A DNA stretch of 64,000 bases from an uncultured Gemmatimonadaceae bacterium (GTDB taxonomy: Bacteria; Gemmatimonadota; Gemmatimonadetes; Gemmatimonadales; Gemmatimonadaceae), in assembly GCA_963761305.1 (NCBI GenBank), contig CAVXGK010000001.1, positions 1,152,001 to 1,216,000 of the forward strand, written 5' to 3'. The translations under genes and the position numbers were made by a program. The notes beneath the pieces are model-generated. The model saw only the letters and a program-made list of their open reading frames with translations, had not been told where the DNA came from and did not search any database. This document shows positions 36,905-46,671 of this stretch, one piece after another. Every line of letters begins with the position of its first letter. Position 1 is the stretch's first letter.

Positions 36905-37437
36905 TGCTTCGCGTTCGGTTGCGGTGGACCGGCCATGAGCGCGTCGGATACCCGCTCTCGCTGATGCCCGTTGATGCTCGTGAGCAGGCCTATGAAGTTC
37001 GCGTTCTCCATCAGCGTCCGCTCGCGTTTGATCGTCTGTTCGGCGGTCGGCCCGACGAATTGCGCTCGGTCGAGCTTCTGCTCGTCGGCGATGCGCGCGA
37101 CCGAGTCCGGATAGAGGAACACCTCGAGCCGCGCGAGTTTGCCGATCTTCACGACGAACGCCGTCGCGGTCCCGGTCCCGCCGATCGATCTCTCTTCGAC
37201 CCTCTCTGTCGAATCCAGACGCGGCGCCAACCCCGCGCGGTCGAGTCGGTACAACACCGAGCACTTCGCCCACAGGCCGTTCGCCGGACACTCCGGCCCC
37301 GGCGCCGTATCGACCGTGTTCGATGCGACGCTGGAATCCGGACTGCTGCCGCTCGACGCCGCGTCGGATTTCCCGCTCGGCGAATTCGAGCAGGCTCCGA
37401 CCACGACGACGCAGACCGCCGCGACGAGCTTAAGCAT
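36901..37437 (-). CDS. Hypothetical lipoprotein
   Basis: MLKLVAAVCVVVVGAC lipobox and Ser-rich linker. Confidence 0.8.
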   Translation of the reverse strand: MLKLVAAVCVVVVGACSNSPSGKSDAASSGSSPDSSVASNTVDTAPGPECPANGLWAKCSVLYRLDRAGLAPRLDSTERVEERSIGGTGTATAFVVKIGKLARLEVFLYPDSVARIADEQKLDRAQFVGPTAEQTIKRERTLMENANFIGLLTSINGHQRERVSDALMAGPPQPNAKQ

Positions 37438-38715
37438 CGTCGGATGATGCGGCGACGGGCTCGGGGTCCGCAACATTCAGCTCGACACGTCGCCGCCCGA
37501 CGATCGTGGCCGCGACGAGATCGCCGGTGACATTGGCCATCGTCGCGAACAGATCGGGAATCGTGTCGGCGCCGATGAGGAGCGCCGCCCTGCCGCCGGC
37601 ACGCCGATGCCGAGCGACGTGATGACCGTCGCAAGCATCAGCATCGCGCCTTGGGGAACGCCCGGAATCGTGAAGCTCAGGACGACCGACGTGAGCGCGA
37701 CCGTGACGATTGTGCTCGCGCCGAGGACGACACCGTAGAGCTTGGCCAGGAACAACGTCCCAATGAGCCACGCGATCGGAGTCACCACCTTGAATACCGA
37801 TACCGACAGCGGAAGCACGAAGCCCGTGATCGTCGGTGGCAACTCGAGCGACTGGGCGCCTTCGATGAGCGCCGGCAGCGACGCGAGCGATGAGCTCGAG
37901 CTTACAGCGATAGTCTGGGCCGGAAGTCACCGCGCGCGTGAATCGCGGCAACGGAATGCCTCCCGCGACCGCCGCCACCGGATACGTGAGCAACGCGAAC
38001 AGCACGACGGCCGCCGAGTACGCGAGGACGTAGTACACCATCGCGCTCGCGAGCGAGATCCCGACGCGCGCCGCCATCGCCAGCACGAGCGCGAACACAC
38101 CGATCGGCGCCGCGATGATGACCCAGTCGACGATGGCCCGCGTCGCGCCCGCGATCGCGCTGAACACGTCGATGAGCGACTGCCGCAGCCGCGCGTCGAT
38201 TCGCCTCGCCGCGAGCGCGAAGAACACCGTAAAGACGATCAGCGGCAACATCGCTCCGTCGGCCGCGGACTTCATCGCGTTGGCGGGGACGAGCGACGTC
38301 ATCCAGGCGCCGAATCCCGGCACTTGGTTCAACTGATTCGTCGTCTCTCCCGCGGTCGCGGCGACCGAAGCGCGAAGACTCTCCGTCATCGCCGACGAAA
38401 GCCGCATGTCGGCGATCAGCGGCGGTCCGATCAGCAGGCCGAGCACCGCGGCGAACAGCAGCAACCCGATGAACGCGGCAAGGGTCTTCACGCCGACTCG
38501 GCCGAGTCCTTCACCCCACTCGGCCCGGCGACGCCCACAAAAACCAGGGACACGACCAGTGGGAGCACGGTCATGCGGACCGCGTTCAGCCACAGCTGGC
38601 CGATCGGTTCGATGAACCCGACGACACGAAGCGCGACCGGGCTGTTGGACGCCCCGATCGCGCTTCCGATGATCAAGCCCGCGATGAGACCGATGACAAC
38701 GCGATGAACGCGCAT
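37430..38715 (-). pseudogene. Second DAACS symporter, broken by several frameshifts (pseudogene or assembly indels)
   Basis: Segments NAVRMTVLPLVV, DGAMLPLIVF, PGVPQGA and DLFATMANVTGD lie in different frames; paralog of 20917-22179. Confidence 0.8.
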
Positions 38716-38727
38716 CGGCCGGCCTTG

Positions 38728-39213
38728 TTAGCGTTTTTTCGTCTTGCCGCGCACCGCGCTCTTGGTTGGCCGGGCCGCGCGCTTGACGCCTTTGCCTTTC
38801 GACGGCGCCTTTGTCCGAACCGGGCGCGCTGCCTTGGTGCTGGGAGCTCGACGCGCCGGACTCTTCTTGGCCGCCGTGGCTTTTTGGGGCGCCTTGACCT
38901 TCACGGTCGGCGCCTTCTCCGCGACAGGCTTCTTGGCGACAACCACGGGGACTGGTGCGGGCTTGGGGGCGGCACCCGGTGGGAGCGGATTCGTCCGCGG
39001 ACGGCCGCCCTTTCGAGCCAACTGCGCGTCGGCCAACATCTTGGCGAATGCTTCCTTCGCCTCGGCCATCAGCTGGGAGTGCGAGATCCGGCGCTCGGCA
39101 AGGGCGCGCTCCTTCTCTTGCCGATATATCGACTGAGCTGTGGAGCTCTCTGCTTTCTCCGGATTGTCCGGATTGTCCGGATTGTCCGGCTTGTCAGCGG
39201 GATCGGAGGTCAT
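38728..39213 (-). CDS. Lys/Ala/Pro-rich basic protein (histone H1-like tail)
   Basis: C-terminal KKPVAEKAP...KSAVRGKTKKR; N-terminal PDN repeats. Confidence 0.7.
   Translation of the reverse strand: MTSDPADKPDNPDNPDNPEKAESSTAQSIYRQEKERALAERRISHSQLMAEAKEAFAKMLADAQLARKGGRPRTNPLPPGAAPKPAPVPVVVAKKPVAEKAPTVKVKAPQKATAAKKSPARRAPSTKAARPVRTKAPSKGKGVKRAARPTKSAVRGKTKKR
39159..39194. repeat. 9-bp coding tandem repeat (CCGGATTGT)x4
   Basis: Encodes DKPDNPDNPDNP on the minus strand. Confidence 0.8.
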
Positions 39214-39300
39214 GGTAAGCCTCGAATCTAGCGAATCGGAGCCCTCTTAGGGAGTTCGAGCGCTGTCCGTGCCGAACGCCTCCGTCGCCCCAGTCGCGAC

Positions 39301-39717
39301 TCAAGCGTTGTCTTTGGGTCGCGCCGCCCGGCGCATCTGGTTGATCCCGTTGATCATCATCGCCAGCTCGGCCTGCTTGTCCGGGTTTTCGCGAATGATG
39401 TCGTCCAACAGCGCCGACGCCTCGTCGTCATCCACCCGAGTCGGCTCGGCGGAAAACCGGCGGTTGTTCATGTGGCGCATGGGATCGATGTAGACGGGGT
39501 TCTCGAGAACCAAGTCGTGCCCGTCGTACTGAATTCGGACGGCGTAGAACTTCTTGCCGGCCTTTTCCATGTAGCTCACGCGAATGCCGTCGATTTTCGG
39601 CGGCCACGGCGGCAGTGGGCGCTCGTCACCCTCAGTCGTGCGATAGGTCGTGGTACCCGGCTGAAGATGCGAGTAGTTCGACTCGAACGACCCGTTGTAC
39701 ATGTAGGCGTGGCGCAT
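39301..39717 (-). CDS. Hypothetical protein
   Basis: GAGG RBS, strong codon bias, globular composition. Confidence 0.8.
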   Translation of the reverse strand: MRHAYMYNGSFESNYSHLQPGTTTYRTTEGDERPLPPWPPKIDGIRVSYMEKAGKKFYAVRIQYDGHDLVLENPVYIDPMRHMNNRRFSAEPTRVDDDEASALLDDIIRENPDKQAELAMMINGINQMRRAARPKDNA

Positions 39718-39851
39718 GAAGCCTCAGTTGCGGTGAATAGCAGAGCTCAGAACCGCGGAACCGTCAAAGCCGAGCTTCCTCCGCGAACAAAATGGCCCAC
39801 GAAGGCGCGGCGTGCTACCCTGTCCTGCGCGACGGCGTCGTGCCTGTGGCG

Positions 39852-40404
39852 TTACACGTGGTGCTTTGCGGACGCGGCCGGGCTTTCGCGGTCGGCGTCG
39901 AGCCATTCGCGCGGATTCCACGTCACCGGCATCGCGCCCACGCGCTCGAAGCGAATTCGCGGATCGTTCGATTGCACCAGCGCGAGCAGCCGGCGTCCCG
40001 TGAGCAGAAACCGGCGCGAGGTCGACTCAATGCTGTCGAGAATCGTTTGCGCGAGTTGCGGCTGAGCCTTCGCGAAGACGTCGTAGCCGCGGAAGGCGAG
40101 GACGAGCCCACCGTCGTCCGGCACCTCGAGTTCGCGCGAGGCAGTCGACCCAGGACATGAGATTCGGCGCGTAATGCGATGGAAAGCCGAGCACCCGCTT
40201 GGCATCGGCGTGAAACGCTTGCGGCGTGCTCCACGCGGCGGCCTCGAACTCGCGAACAACGTACTTCTGCTGTCGAAACCACGCGAGGTCGGCGGACAGG
40301 ATCGACGGCTTGTGGTACAACGCGACGGCGCCGCGTTCCATGAGCTTCCAGTCGAGGCGAGCGGATTCGGCCGGAGCTTTTTCCTTTCGTCTGAAGAAGG
40401 CCAT
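39852..40404 (-). CDS. Barstar-like protein, one frameshift near 40135
   Basis: FHADAKRVLGFPSHYAPNLMSWVDCL continues in another frame as ELEVPDDGGLVLAFRGYD...; barstar-type motif. Confidence 0.7.
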
Positions 40405-40602
40405 CAGGCTTTGGCGGCGCGCAGCGCGCGAGCGGACGTTGAAGAGTCCTCGCAGGATGAAGACCGCCGCGAACGCGACGTCGAGGAATCGGGACGGCGT
40501 CACCGTCGAATGGGGCCGCCAGAGCGGGCGCACGGCGACGTAGCCCCCGAGCCCGATGAGAATGACGCCGAGGAGGAGTCTGAACGCCGAGCCGGGCTTC
40601 AC
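40404..40602 (-). CDS. Small 2-TM membrane protein (as sequenced, fused in frame to the barstar-like gene)
   Basis: GTG overlaps upstream TGA; two hydrophobic helices; TGATG at 40402-40406 suggests a separate gene with one extra base. Confidence 0.5.
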
Positions 40603-40928
40603 GGTTGTCGAAAGATGAAATGATAGAGGAAGTACTGCGACGAGACGACCGGCACCGCCAGCGGGAGCAGCTCGAGGATCCAGCGGGTCGGCCATCGCCC
40701 GCGCATCGCCGTGCCGGCGACGATCTGCAGCGTGCCGAACGCCCAGCCGGTGTAGAGGTAGTAGGCGCGCAGGCGCGAGATATACCCGACTTCGACCCGC
40801 CAGTACACCGCGAAGGCGAGTCCGCCGACCGTGAGCGCCACGCCCACCAGGAGGTTGGCCCATCCGACGACGCGCTCGATCTGCAGCTTGGCCCGCTCGA
40901 GATCGGCGTGCCGGGAGGGCGCGGTCAG
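40599..40928 (-). CDS. Hypothetical membrane protein (start uncertain)
   Basis: Three hydrophobic segments VVGWANLLVGVAL..., YTGWAFGTLQIVAG, WILELLPLAVPVV. Confidence 0.6.
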   Translation of the reverse strand: MTAPSRHADLERAKLQIERVVGWANLLVGVALTVGGLAFAVYWRVEVGYISRLRAYYLYTGWAFGTLQIVAGTAMRGRWPTRWILELLPLAVPVVSSQYFLYHFIFRQP

Positions 40929-41329
40929 ATTCCCGCCCCGCGCCGTTCCACGCGCAACGGCACCCGCGCCACCGCACGGTCGTTGACGCGCACGTCGAAC
41001 GTCCACGTCCCATCGCGCGGGAAGCCGACGTTCATCGGCAAGACCAGATCGTACGCGAGCGGGAGCCCGGCGACGGTCGGCGAGTCGAACGTCACCGGCG
41101 TCGCGGTGAGGTTCACCATCTCGTTGCCGTCCTCGTCGACGATGTGAATCGAGATTCGCTGCCGGGACCCGTAGTCGAGCGGCTCGATGTCGAATCGCAC
41201 GGCCAAGGTCACGTCGAGCTTGGCGGGCAGCTCGGTCGCGTAGCGGCAGTTGTAGACGCCGACGACGTCCAGCTTGCCGTCGGCGCGCACCTGGGCGCGT
41301 TCGGCGATCACGGCAATCGTCGGAATCAT
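40925..41329 (-). CDS. DUF6941-like beta-sandwich protein
   Basis: DGKLDVVGV...FPRDGTWTFDVRVND pattern. Confidence 0.7.
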   Translation of the reverse strand: MIPTIAVIAERAQVRADGKLDVVGVYNCRYATELPAKLDVTLAVRFDIEPLDYGSRQRISIHIVDEDGNEMVNLTATPVTFDSPTVAGLPLAYDLVLPMNVGFPRDGTWTFDVRVNDRAVARVPLRVERRGAGI

Positions 41330-41379
41330 CGGCGGAATAATCGAAAGCGCGACGGGAAGCTATGACGCGGACAGGGGGG

Positions 41380-41745
41380 CTACTCGACCCACCCTCTGGC
41401 GCGCCACTGGTCATAGCCCTTACGCGTGATGTCGGCCAATTCGCTGAACAGGTCCGCGTCGACCGCGGTGAAGTTGAAGCACGCCTTTCCCTGCATCCGC
41501 TTCTTGAGCGCCGGCGACATCACGGTTCCCATGCCGCCGTAGACCGGCATGAAGTAGTAGCTGACGTAGTTCTTCTGGATCTTCGCCGCCGCGAACATGA
41601 TCGGCTTTCGGTTCGCGCCCAGCGTGTGGGTGTCCAGATAGTAGTAGTCGGACTTGTCGTGGACGGTCTTCAGGTTCGGTGCGTACGGTTTGAGGAGCGT
41701 CTTGAGCGCCTTGAAGACCGGAACGAACTCAGCGCGGGGTGGCAT
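41380..41745 (-). CDS. DUF1801-like protein
   Basis: KNYVSYYFMPVY...LKKRMQGKACFNF. Confidence 0.75.
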   Translation of the reverse strand: MPPRAEFVPVFKALKTLLKPYAPNLKTVHDKSDYYYLDTHTLGANRKPIMFAAAKIQKNYVSYYFMPVYGGMGTVMSPALKKRMQGKACFNFTAVDADLFSELADITRKGYDQWRARGWVE

Positions 41746-41794
41746 GGGACGGAGGGATCGGGGAGACTCAAAGTATGACGGGAGTGGACCACGC

Positions 41795-41824
41795 GTCCAC
41801 CGGTCCACCGGTCCACCGGTGCAC
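41795..41824. repeat. Octamer tandem repeat (GGTCCACC)n
   Basis: gtccacc ggtccacc ggtccacc ggtgcac. Confidence 0.8.
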
Positions 41825-41842
41825 TTCCCGCACAAGAACTAT

Positions 41843-42084
41843 TTGCCACTTTCTGGCTCATGTATTAGCTTCGGCGCCAGCGACTCAAGCAGTTCTGCGC
41901 GAACACGTTCCGGGACGATTTGGGGCCTTCGCAATTCGCGACGGCCCTTTCTTGTTCTGAGTCGCCGGCGGTCGAGACCTGACCGCGAACGCACCCGTCG
42001 TGAGGGAGTCACGAATCCTGTGGGTCGGTTTGTACGGCGCGCCCGCTACTCCGACGACACAACAACAACTTTTTGGAGTTTGCA
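41843..42084 (+). promoter_or_regulatory. Sigma70-like promoter TTGCCA-N17-TAGCTT and ~200-nt csp 5' leader
   Basis: Spacing seen directly; long leaders are typical of csp genes. Confidence 0.5.
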
Positions 42085-42300
42085 ATGGCACGTACGACCG
42101 GCACCGTGAAGTGGTTCAACGACGCGAAAGGCTACGGCTTCATCACGCCCGAGGGCGGGCAGAAGGATTGCTTCGTCCATCATTCCGCGATTCAGGGCGG
42201 TGGCTTCCGCACGCTGGCCGAAGGCGAGCGCGTGGAGTTCGACATCGTCCAGGGTGCCAAGGGCCCCGCTGCCGAAAACGTTACGAAGGTCGGCCGCTAA
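42085..42300 (+). CDS. Cold-shock protein (CspA family)
   Basis: [32 protein letters not shown]. Confidence 0.98.
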   Translation: MARTTGTVKWFNDAKGYGFITPEGGQKDCFVHHSAIQGGGFRTLAEGERVEFDIVQGAKGPAAENVTKVGR

Positions 42301-42319
42301 GGTCTCCTCGAGAACAACT

Positions 42320-42360
42320 GCGCCGGATCGACTCCTGTCGGTCCGGCGCGGTCGTTTTTT
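42320..42360 (+). terminator. Rho-independent terminator
   Basis: GCGCCGGATCGAC-TCCT-GTCGGTCCGGCGC followed by a T-run. Confidence 0.8.
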
Positions 42361-42363
42361 CGG

Positions 42364-42588
42364 TCATGACCGCCGGAATCTCGCTCGCCGAAGCTTCTTC
42401 ATGATGGTGGCGACGATGATCAGCGTCACCACGACCCACACGGCGACGAAGGTCTCCTGCGTCTTCTCCGGCCGATCGGCGATATGCATCCCGTAATAGA
42501 TGCCGAGCACAACCGCGTCGAGCGCCACTACGGCGACGACGAGGACGAGGAGATACTTCCGGACTTCCTGGACGTTGACGCTAGGCAT
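42364..42588 (-). CDS. Small 2-TM membrane protein
   Basis: Two hydrophobic helices and a basic tail. Confidence 0.7.
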   Translation of the reverse strand: MPSVNVQEVRKYLLVLVVAVVALDAVVLGIYYGMHIADRPEKTQETFVAVWVVVTLIIVATIMKKLRRARFRRS

Positions 42589-42620
42589 TCATCAGTGCGG
42601 TCAGTGAAGTAAGATATCGC

Positions 42621-43298
42621 GTGGCCCGGCCCCTTCCCGCTATCCTCTTCGACCTCGACGGAACGCTCCTCGATTCCATCGAGCTCATCCTCTCGTCCGC
42701 GCGCTATGCCTTCGGCAAGCTCGGGCGCGACTGCCCGTCCGACCAGGAATGGCTCCAGGGCGTAGGCATTCCGCTCTTCACGATGTTCGGCCGCTACGCC
42801 CGCGACGACGCCGATCGCGCCGCGCTGATCGCCGCATACCGCGAACACCAGTTCGCGCACCACGACCGGCTCGTAAAACCGTACGACGGCGTCCACGATC
42901 TCCTCGCCACCCTTCAGTCGCGGGGGCACGACCTGGCCGTCGTCACCAGCAAGTCCGAGTACCTCGCGATGCGCGGGCTCTCGCACGGAAAGCTCGCGCG
43001 CTTCTTCGATACTGTCGTCGGCTGCGACTCGACCACACGACACAAGCCGGACCCCGAACCCGTACGGTTGGCACTGCACCGGCTCTCCCGCGATCCGAGC
43101 GACGCGGTCTTCGTCGGCGACTCGGTGCACGATGTCATCGCCGGCAACGCGGCCGGCGTCGCCACCATCGCGGCACTCTGGGGAGCGTTCGCCAAAAAGG
43201 ACCTCGAGCCCGGTAGCCCAACCGCATGGGCCGAAAACGTTTCCGAGATCGTCGGCTTGCTGGATAGCCATCCCACGGGCAGCGTCCTCCTGCGGTGA
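42621..43298 (+). CDS. HAD-IA hydrolase (PpaX-like)
   Basis: FDLDGTL, VVTSK, HKPDPEP, VGDSVHD. Confidence 0.94.
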   Translation: MARPLPAILFDLDGTLLDSIELILSSARYAFGKLGRDCPSDQEWLQGVGIPLFTMFGRYARDDADRAALIAAYREHQFAHHDRLVKPYDGVHDLLATLQSRGHDLAVVTSKSEYLAMRGLSHGKLARFFDTVVGCDSTTRHKPDPEPVRLALHRLSRDPSDAVFVGDSVHDVIAGNAAGVATIAALWGAFAKKDLEPGSPTAWAENVSEIVGLLDSHPTGSVLLR

Positions 43299-43317
43299 CA
43301 AAACCGCCCGTGTCTTT

Positions 43318-43345
43318 CAAACCTTCCTCGACGTGGCACCATCCA
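43318..43345 (+). promoter_or_regulatory. Putative ECF autoregulatory promoter CAAACCT-N16-ATCCA
   Basis: AAC -35 core; matches a second site at 45754-45781. Confidence 0.5.
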
Positions 43346-43375
43346 AGTCAGCAAGCGGATGGAGCGTCCACGCAA

Positions 43376-43954
43376 ATGGCTGCAGTGGCCATCATCGAAG
43401 CACAGTCGGGCCCATTTGGCGGCAGCGATTCGGACGTCGCGCAAGCGGCGGCCGGGGACCGTGGTGCGTTCGAACGCGTCTATCGCCTGCACGTCAACCG
43501 GGTGTTCTCCCTATGTGCCCGGATGACCGGCGACCGGACGCGGGCCGAAGAGCTGACCCAGGACGTCTTTGTCCGTGCGTGGGAAAAACTGAAGCTGTTT
43601 CGCGGTGAAAGCTCCTTCGGGACGTGGCTGCACCGGCTGACTGTCAACGTGGTACTCAACGCACGCAAGACGGACAGCCGCCAGCGGTCGCGGGTCGAGG
43701 AGATCGACGACGATGAGGGTGGGATCGACGCGATTCCTGGGGTCGTGGGATCCCCGCTCGCTCCCGGCGATCTTCTCGACCTCGAAGAAGCGATCACCAA
43801 ACTGCCACCGGGCGCGCGACGCGTGTTCGTGTTGCACGACGTCGAAGGCTACAAGCACGAAGAGATCGCCGAGATGCTCGGCGTGACATCGGGAGCCACC
43901 AAGGCGCAGCTGCACCGCGCTCGGCTCCTGTTGCGGGAGGCACTGAATCGATGA
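43376..43954 (+). CDS. ECF RNA polymerase sigma factor
   Basis: AEELTQDVFVRAW, SSFGTWLHRLTVN, EEIAEMLG...KAQLHRAR. Confidence 0.96.
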   Translation: MAAVAIIEAQSGPFGGSDSDVAQAAAGDRGAFERVYRLHVNRVFSLCARMTGDRTRAEELTQDVFVRAWEKLKLFRGESSFGTWLHRLTVNVVLNARKTDSRQRSRVEEIDDDEGGIDAIPGVVGSPLAPGDLLDLEEAITKLPPGARRVFVLHDVEGYKHEEIAEMLGVTSGATKAQLHRARLLLREALNR

Positions 43955-44780
43955 CGCATCCGACAATCAGCTGTGAGCGGTTCAACGAACAGCTCGCCGA
44001 GTTCTTCGAGCGAGCCGTGATCGGAGCCGATGCGCGCCGCGATGGAATCGCACGCCGTGAAATGCGACGATTGCGGTCCGCTGCTCGCCGACCTGCGCCG
44101 CCTCCGCATCGACGCGACGAATCTTCCCGAGCTGGCGCCGAGCCGCGATCTGTGGTCCGGCATCGCCGACCGCATCGAGGCGCCGGTTTTCTCGCTCCAC
44201 GGAGCGCGCGCGTCTCGCCGTCGCATTGGACGAACCCGATCTTCGTGAGCCTCGCCGCCGCGGGACTCGTCGCGATCACGGCGACGATAACGCATAAGGT
44301 GGACGGTGGACCACGAGCCGGTGGACCGGTGGACCGGTCGACCGGTGGACGGCAAACAAACAGCGCTCTGCGCGACAACGCCTGTGAAGTCGGCGCCCGC
44401 CGCGGTGGCATCAGCGCCTGAGTCAAGTTCACCCGCCGTCCAGCCGTCCGAGGTTTCCGGTCCACTGAGTCCACCGATCCACCGCTCAACCCGTCCACCC
44501 GGTCCACCTCGCGTCCAACAAGCCGTCCGCCGAGCAGACGTACGACCGCGAGATCGCGCGACTGCTCGTCGTTTACAACCAGCGACGTCCTCAGCTCGAC
44601 TCGTCGACGGTTGCGGTCGTCCGAAAGAACCTCAAGATCATCGACGACGCGATCGCGCAGACCAAGGTCGCGCTGCGGCGCGATCCGGCGAGTCAGTTCC
44701 TGATGGAATCCCTCAACGACGCGTTCGACACCAAGGTTCAGCTGCTCCGCAAAGTGGCGATGCTGCCATCGGGCACGTGA
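43951..44780 (+). CDS. Zinc-finger (HxxxCxxC) anti-sigma factor, several frameshifts
   Basis: ISCERF, then HAVKCDDC, then TM SLAAAGLVAITA, then helical C-terminus ending TGA 44778-44780; pieces lie in all three frames. Confidence 0.75.
44298..44508. repeat. Two octamer arrays in opposite orientation (GGTGGACC at 44298-44352; GGTCCACC-like at 44458-44508)
   Basis: Seen directly, inside the anti-sigma linker. Confidence 0.75.
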
Positions 44781-44790
44781 GCATTCTCAG

Positions 44791-45741
44791 ATGACCACGC
44801 ACGACCTTCCGCGGCGACGCCGCCGCGCGTTCATGCTTCTCGCGTTTGCCGCGCTCGCCGTCGTCACGCCGTCCGGCCGAGCCGGCGCTCAGCGACGCAG
44901 TCGATCCAACGGCGCGCGCGAGACCGTCGACACCACGTTCGCGTTCGACAAGACCGGCACCGTCACGCTCAGCGCGACGAGCGGCGACATCATCGTCAAC
45001 GGCAGCACGGACGGACGGATCCACGTCCACGCCACCAGCGACAACGGCAACCTGAGCCTCGACGCATCGCCGTCTCGAGTCATCCTTCAGAACCGGAGCG
45101 GGGACTCGCGGTTCGAGGTTACCGTGCCCTACGGGGTGCAGGTCGTCGCCCGTAGCCAGTCCGGCGACATGACGATTCGCGACACGCGCGGCGCGGTCGA
45201 GGCACACGTCACCTCCGGCGACCTCGAGGTGGAGGGCGTGAACGGCCGCCTCGAAGTCAACACCCTCTCCGGCGGCATCACGGTGCGGGACGTCACGGGC
45301 GACGTCGACGTCGTCACCACCAGCGGCGACGTGAAGATCTTCAACCTGCTCGGCAGCGCCGACGTTGGCACCGTGAGTGGTGACGTCGAACTTCGCGGCG
45401 TGACCGGCAAGAGCATGCGCGCCAAGACGACGTCGGGAGACGTGCGATTCGACGGACTCATCGATGCGGCCGGGCGCTACGACTTTACGACGCATTCGGG
45501 CGACGTGGAGCTGCACGTCCAGCGCGACGCCAGTGCACAGCTCACCGTCTCCACGTGGAACGGCGGCGTCACCAGCGATTTCCCGATCACGCTCACGCCT
45601 GGCGACCACGCGATCGGTTCGGCGGTGGGCAAGCGCTACACGTTCGCGATCGGCGGCGGCGGCGCCCGCATTTCGGCCGAGACGTTCAGCGGGGACATCA
45701 CGCTGGTCGCGAACGGACACGGCGCCACGCCGCGCCGCTGA
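44791..45741 (+). CDS. DUF4097 beta-strand repeat protein
   Basis: Signal peptide; many T(S/V)SGDV repeats. Confidence 0.9.
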   Translation: MTTHDLPRRRRRAFMLLAFAALAVVTPSGRAGAQRRSRSNGARETVDTTFAFDKTGTVTLSATSGDIIVNGSTDGRIHVHATSDNGNLSLDASPSRVILQNRSGDSRFEVTVPYGVQVVARSQSGDMTIRDTRGAVEAHVTSGDLEVEGVNGRLEVNTLSGGITVRDVTGDVDVVTTSGDVKIFNLLGSADVGTVSGDVELRGVTGKSMRAKTTSGDVRFDGLIDAAGRYDFTTHSGDVELHVQRDASAQLTVSTWNGGVTSDFPITLTPGDHAIGSAVGKRYTFAIGGGGARISAETFSGDITLVANGHGATPRR

Positions 45742-45753
45742 CCGGCCTCGCTG

Positions 45754-45781
45754 CAAACCTCTGGGCCACTCCTGCTGTCTA
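45754..45781 (+). promoter_or_regulatory. Putative ECF promoter CAAACCT-N16-GTCTA
   Basis: Same layout as 43318-43345. Confidence 0.5.
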
Positions 45782-45835
45782 GCTGACAAGCTGTCCAGCC
45801 GTCACGCTATCCACCTGTCACCCGTCCACCCGACT

Positions 45836-46621
45836 ATGCGCCGCCTCCTCCCCGCACTCGTCATCGCCGCAGCGCCCGTCGCATCGCTCGCCGCGCAGAA
45901 TCCCGACTATCACTGGGACAAGACGCTGGCCGCCGGCGGCGAAGTCCACGTCGAGAACATCAACGGCAACGTGAAGATCACGCCGTCCACCAACGGCCAC
46001 ATCGTAGTGAACGGGTTCAAGCGCGGCGGCCGCGATACCGACCGCATCAAGGCCGTCATCGACGAGTCATCGCACAGCCTCACCGTCTGCGTCGTCTATG
46101 ATGACCCGGACTCTCGTTGTGACGACGAAGGCTACCATTCACGCGGCGGCCACCGCGATTGGAACAACGCGCGCATCGACCTCGAGGTGTCCGTGCCCGC
46201 CGACCTGATGGTGTCTGCCGGGTCGGTGAGCGGCGACGTGTCGATCGACGGCGCGCACGGCGACGTCAGGGCGTCGACGGTGAGCGGCGACCTTCGCCTC
46301 GACCGTCTGCACGCTACTTCGATCGAGGCCAAATCGGTGAGCGGCACGATCGACGTCCGCGTCGACGAGCTCGCGGGGCGCGGCGACTTCACCTTCCACA
46401 CGGTGAGCGGCGACGTCACCCTCGAAGTGCCCAAGGGCTTTGGCGCCGATCTCTCCATGAGCACCGTGAGCGGCGACATCAACAGCGATTTCCCGGTCAC
46501 GCTGGGAGGCTCGAGCCGGTGGAGCCGGCGTCGCGTCGACGCCCGCATCGGTGACGGCGGCCGGCGACTCGACGTGAGCACCGTAAGTGGCGACCTTAGA
46601 CTCCGCATGGCGAAATCGTAG
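45836..46621 (+). CDS. DUF4097 beta-strand repeat protein
   Basis: Signal peptide; TVSGD repeats. Confidence 0.9.
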   Translation: MRRLLPALVIAAAPVASLAAQNPDYHWDKTLAAGGEVHVENINGNVKITPSTNGHIVVNGFKRGGRDTDRIKAVIDESSHSLTVCVVYDDPDSRCDDEGYHSRGGHRDWNNARIDLEVSVPADLMVSAGSVSGDVSIDGAHGDVRASTVSGDLRLDRLHATSIEAKSVSGTIDVRVDELAGRGDFTFHTVSGDVTLEVPKGFGADLSMSTVSGDINSDFPVTLGGSSRWSRRRVDARIGDGGRRLDVSTVSGDLRLRMAKS

Positions 46622-46627
46622 TTCGCC

Positions 46628-46666
46628 TGTGCGGTCCATCGGTCCACCCGTACACCCGTTCACCTG
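46628..46666. repeat. Degenerate octamer array (GGTCCACC-like)
   Basis: cggtccat cggtccac ccgtacac ccgttcac. Confidence 0.65.
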
Positions 46667-46671
46667 ATTTC

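Noticed and set aside
40027..40602. Membrane-anchored barstar fusion protein
   Set aside because: The in-frame fusion depends on one extra base; a TGATG junction at 40402-40406 indicates two separate genes.
41878..42084. Independent ncRNA or riboswitch upstream of csp
   Set aside because: No recognisable family motif; adequately explained as a long csp 5' leader.
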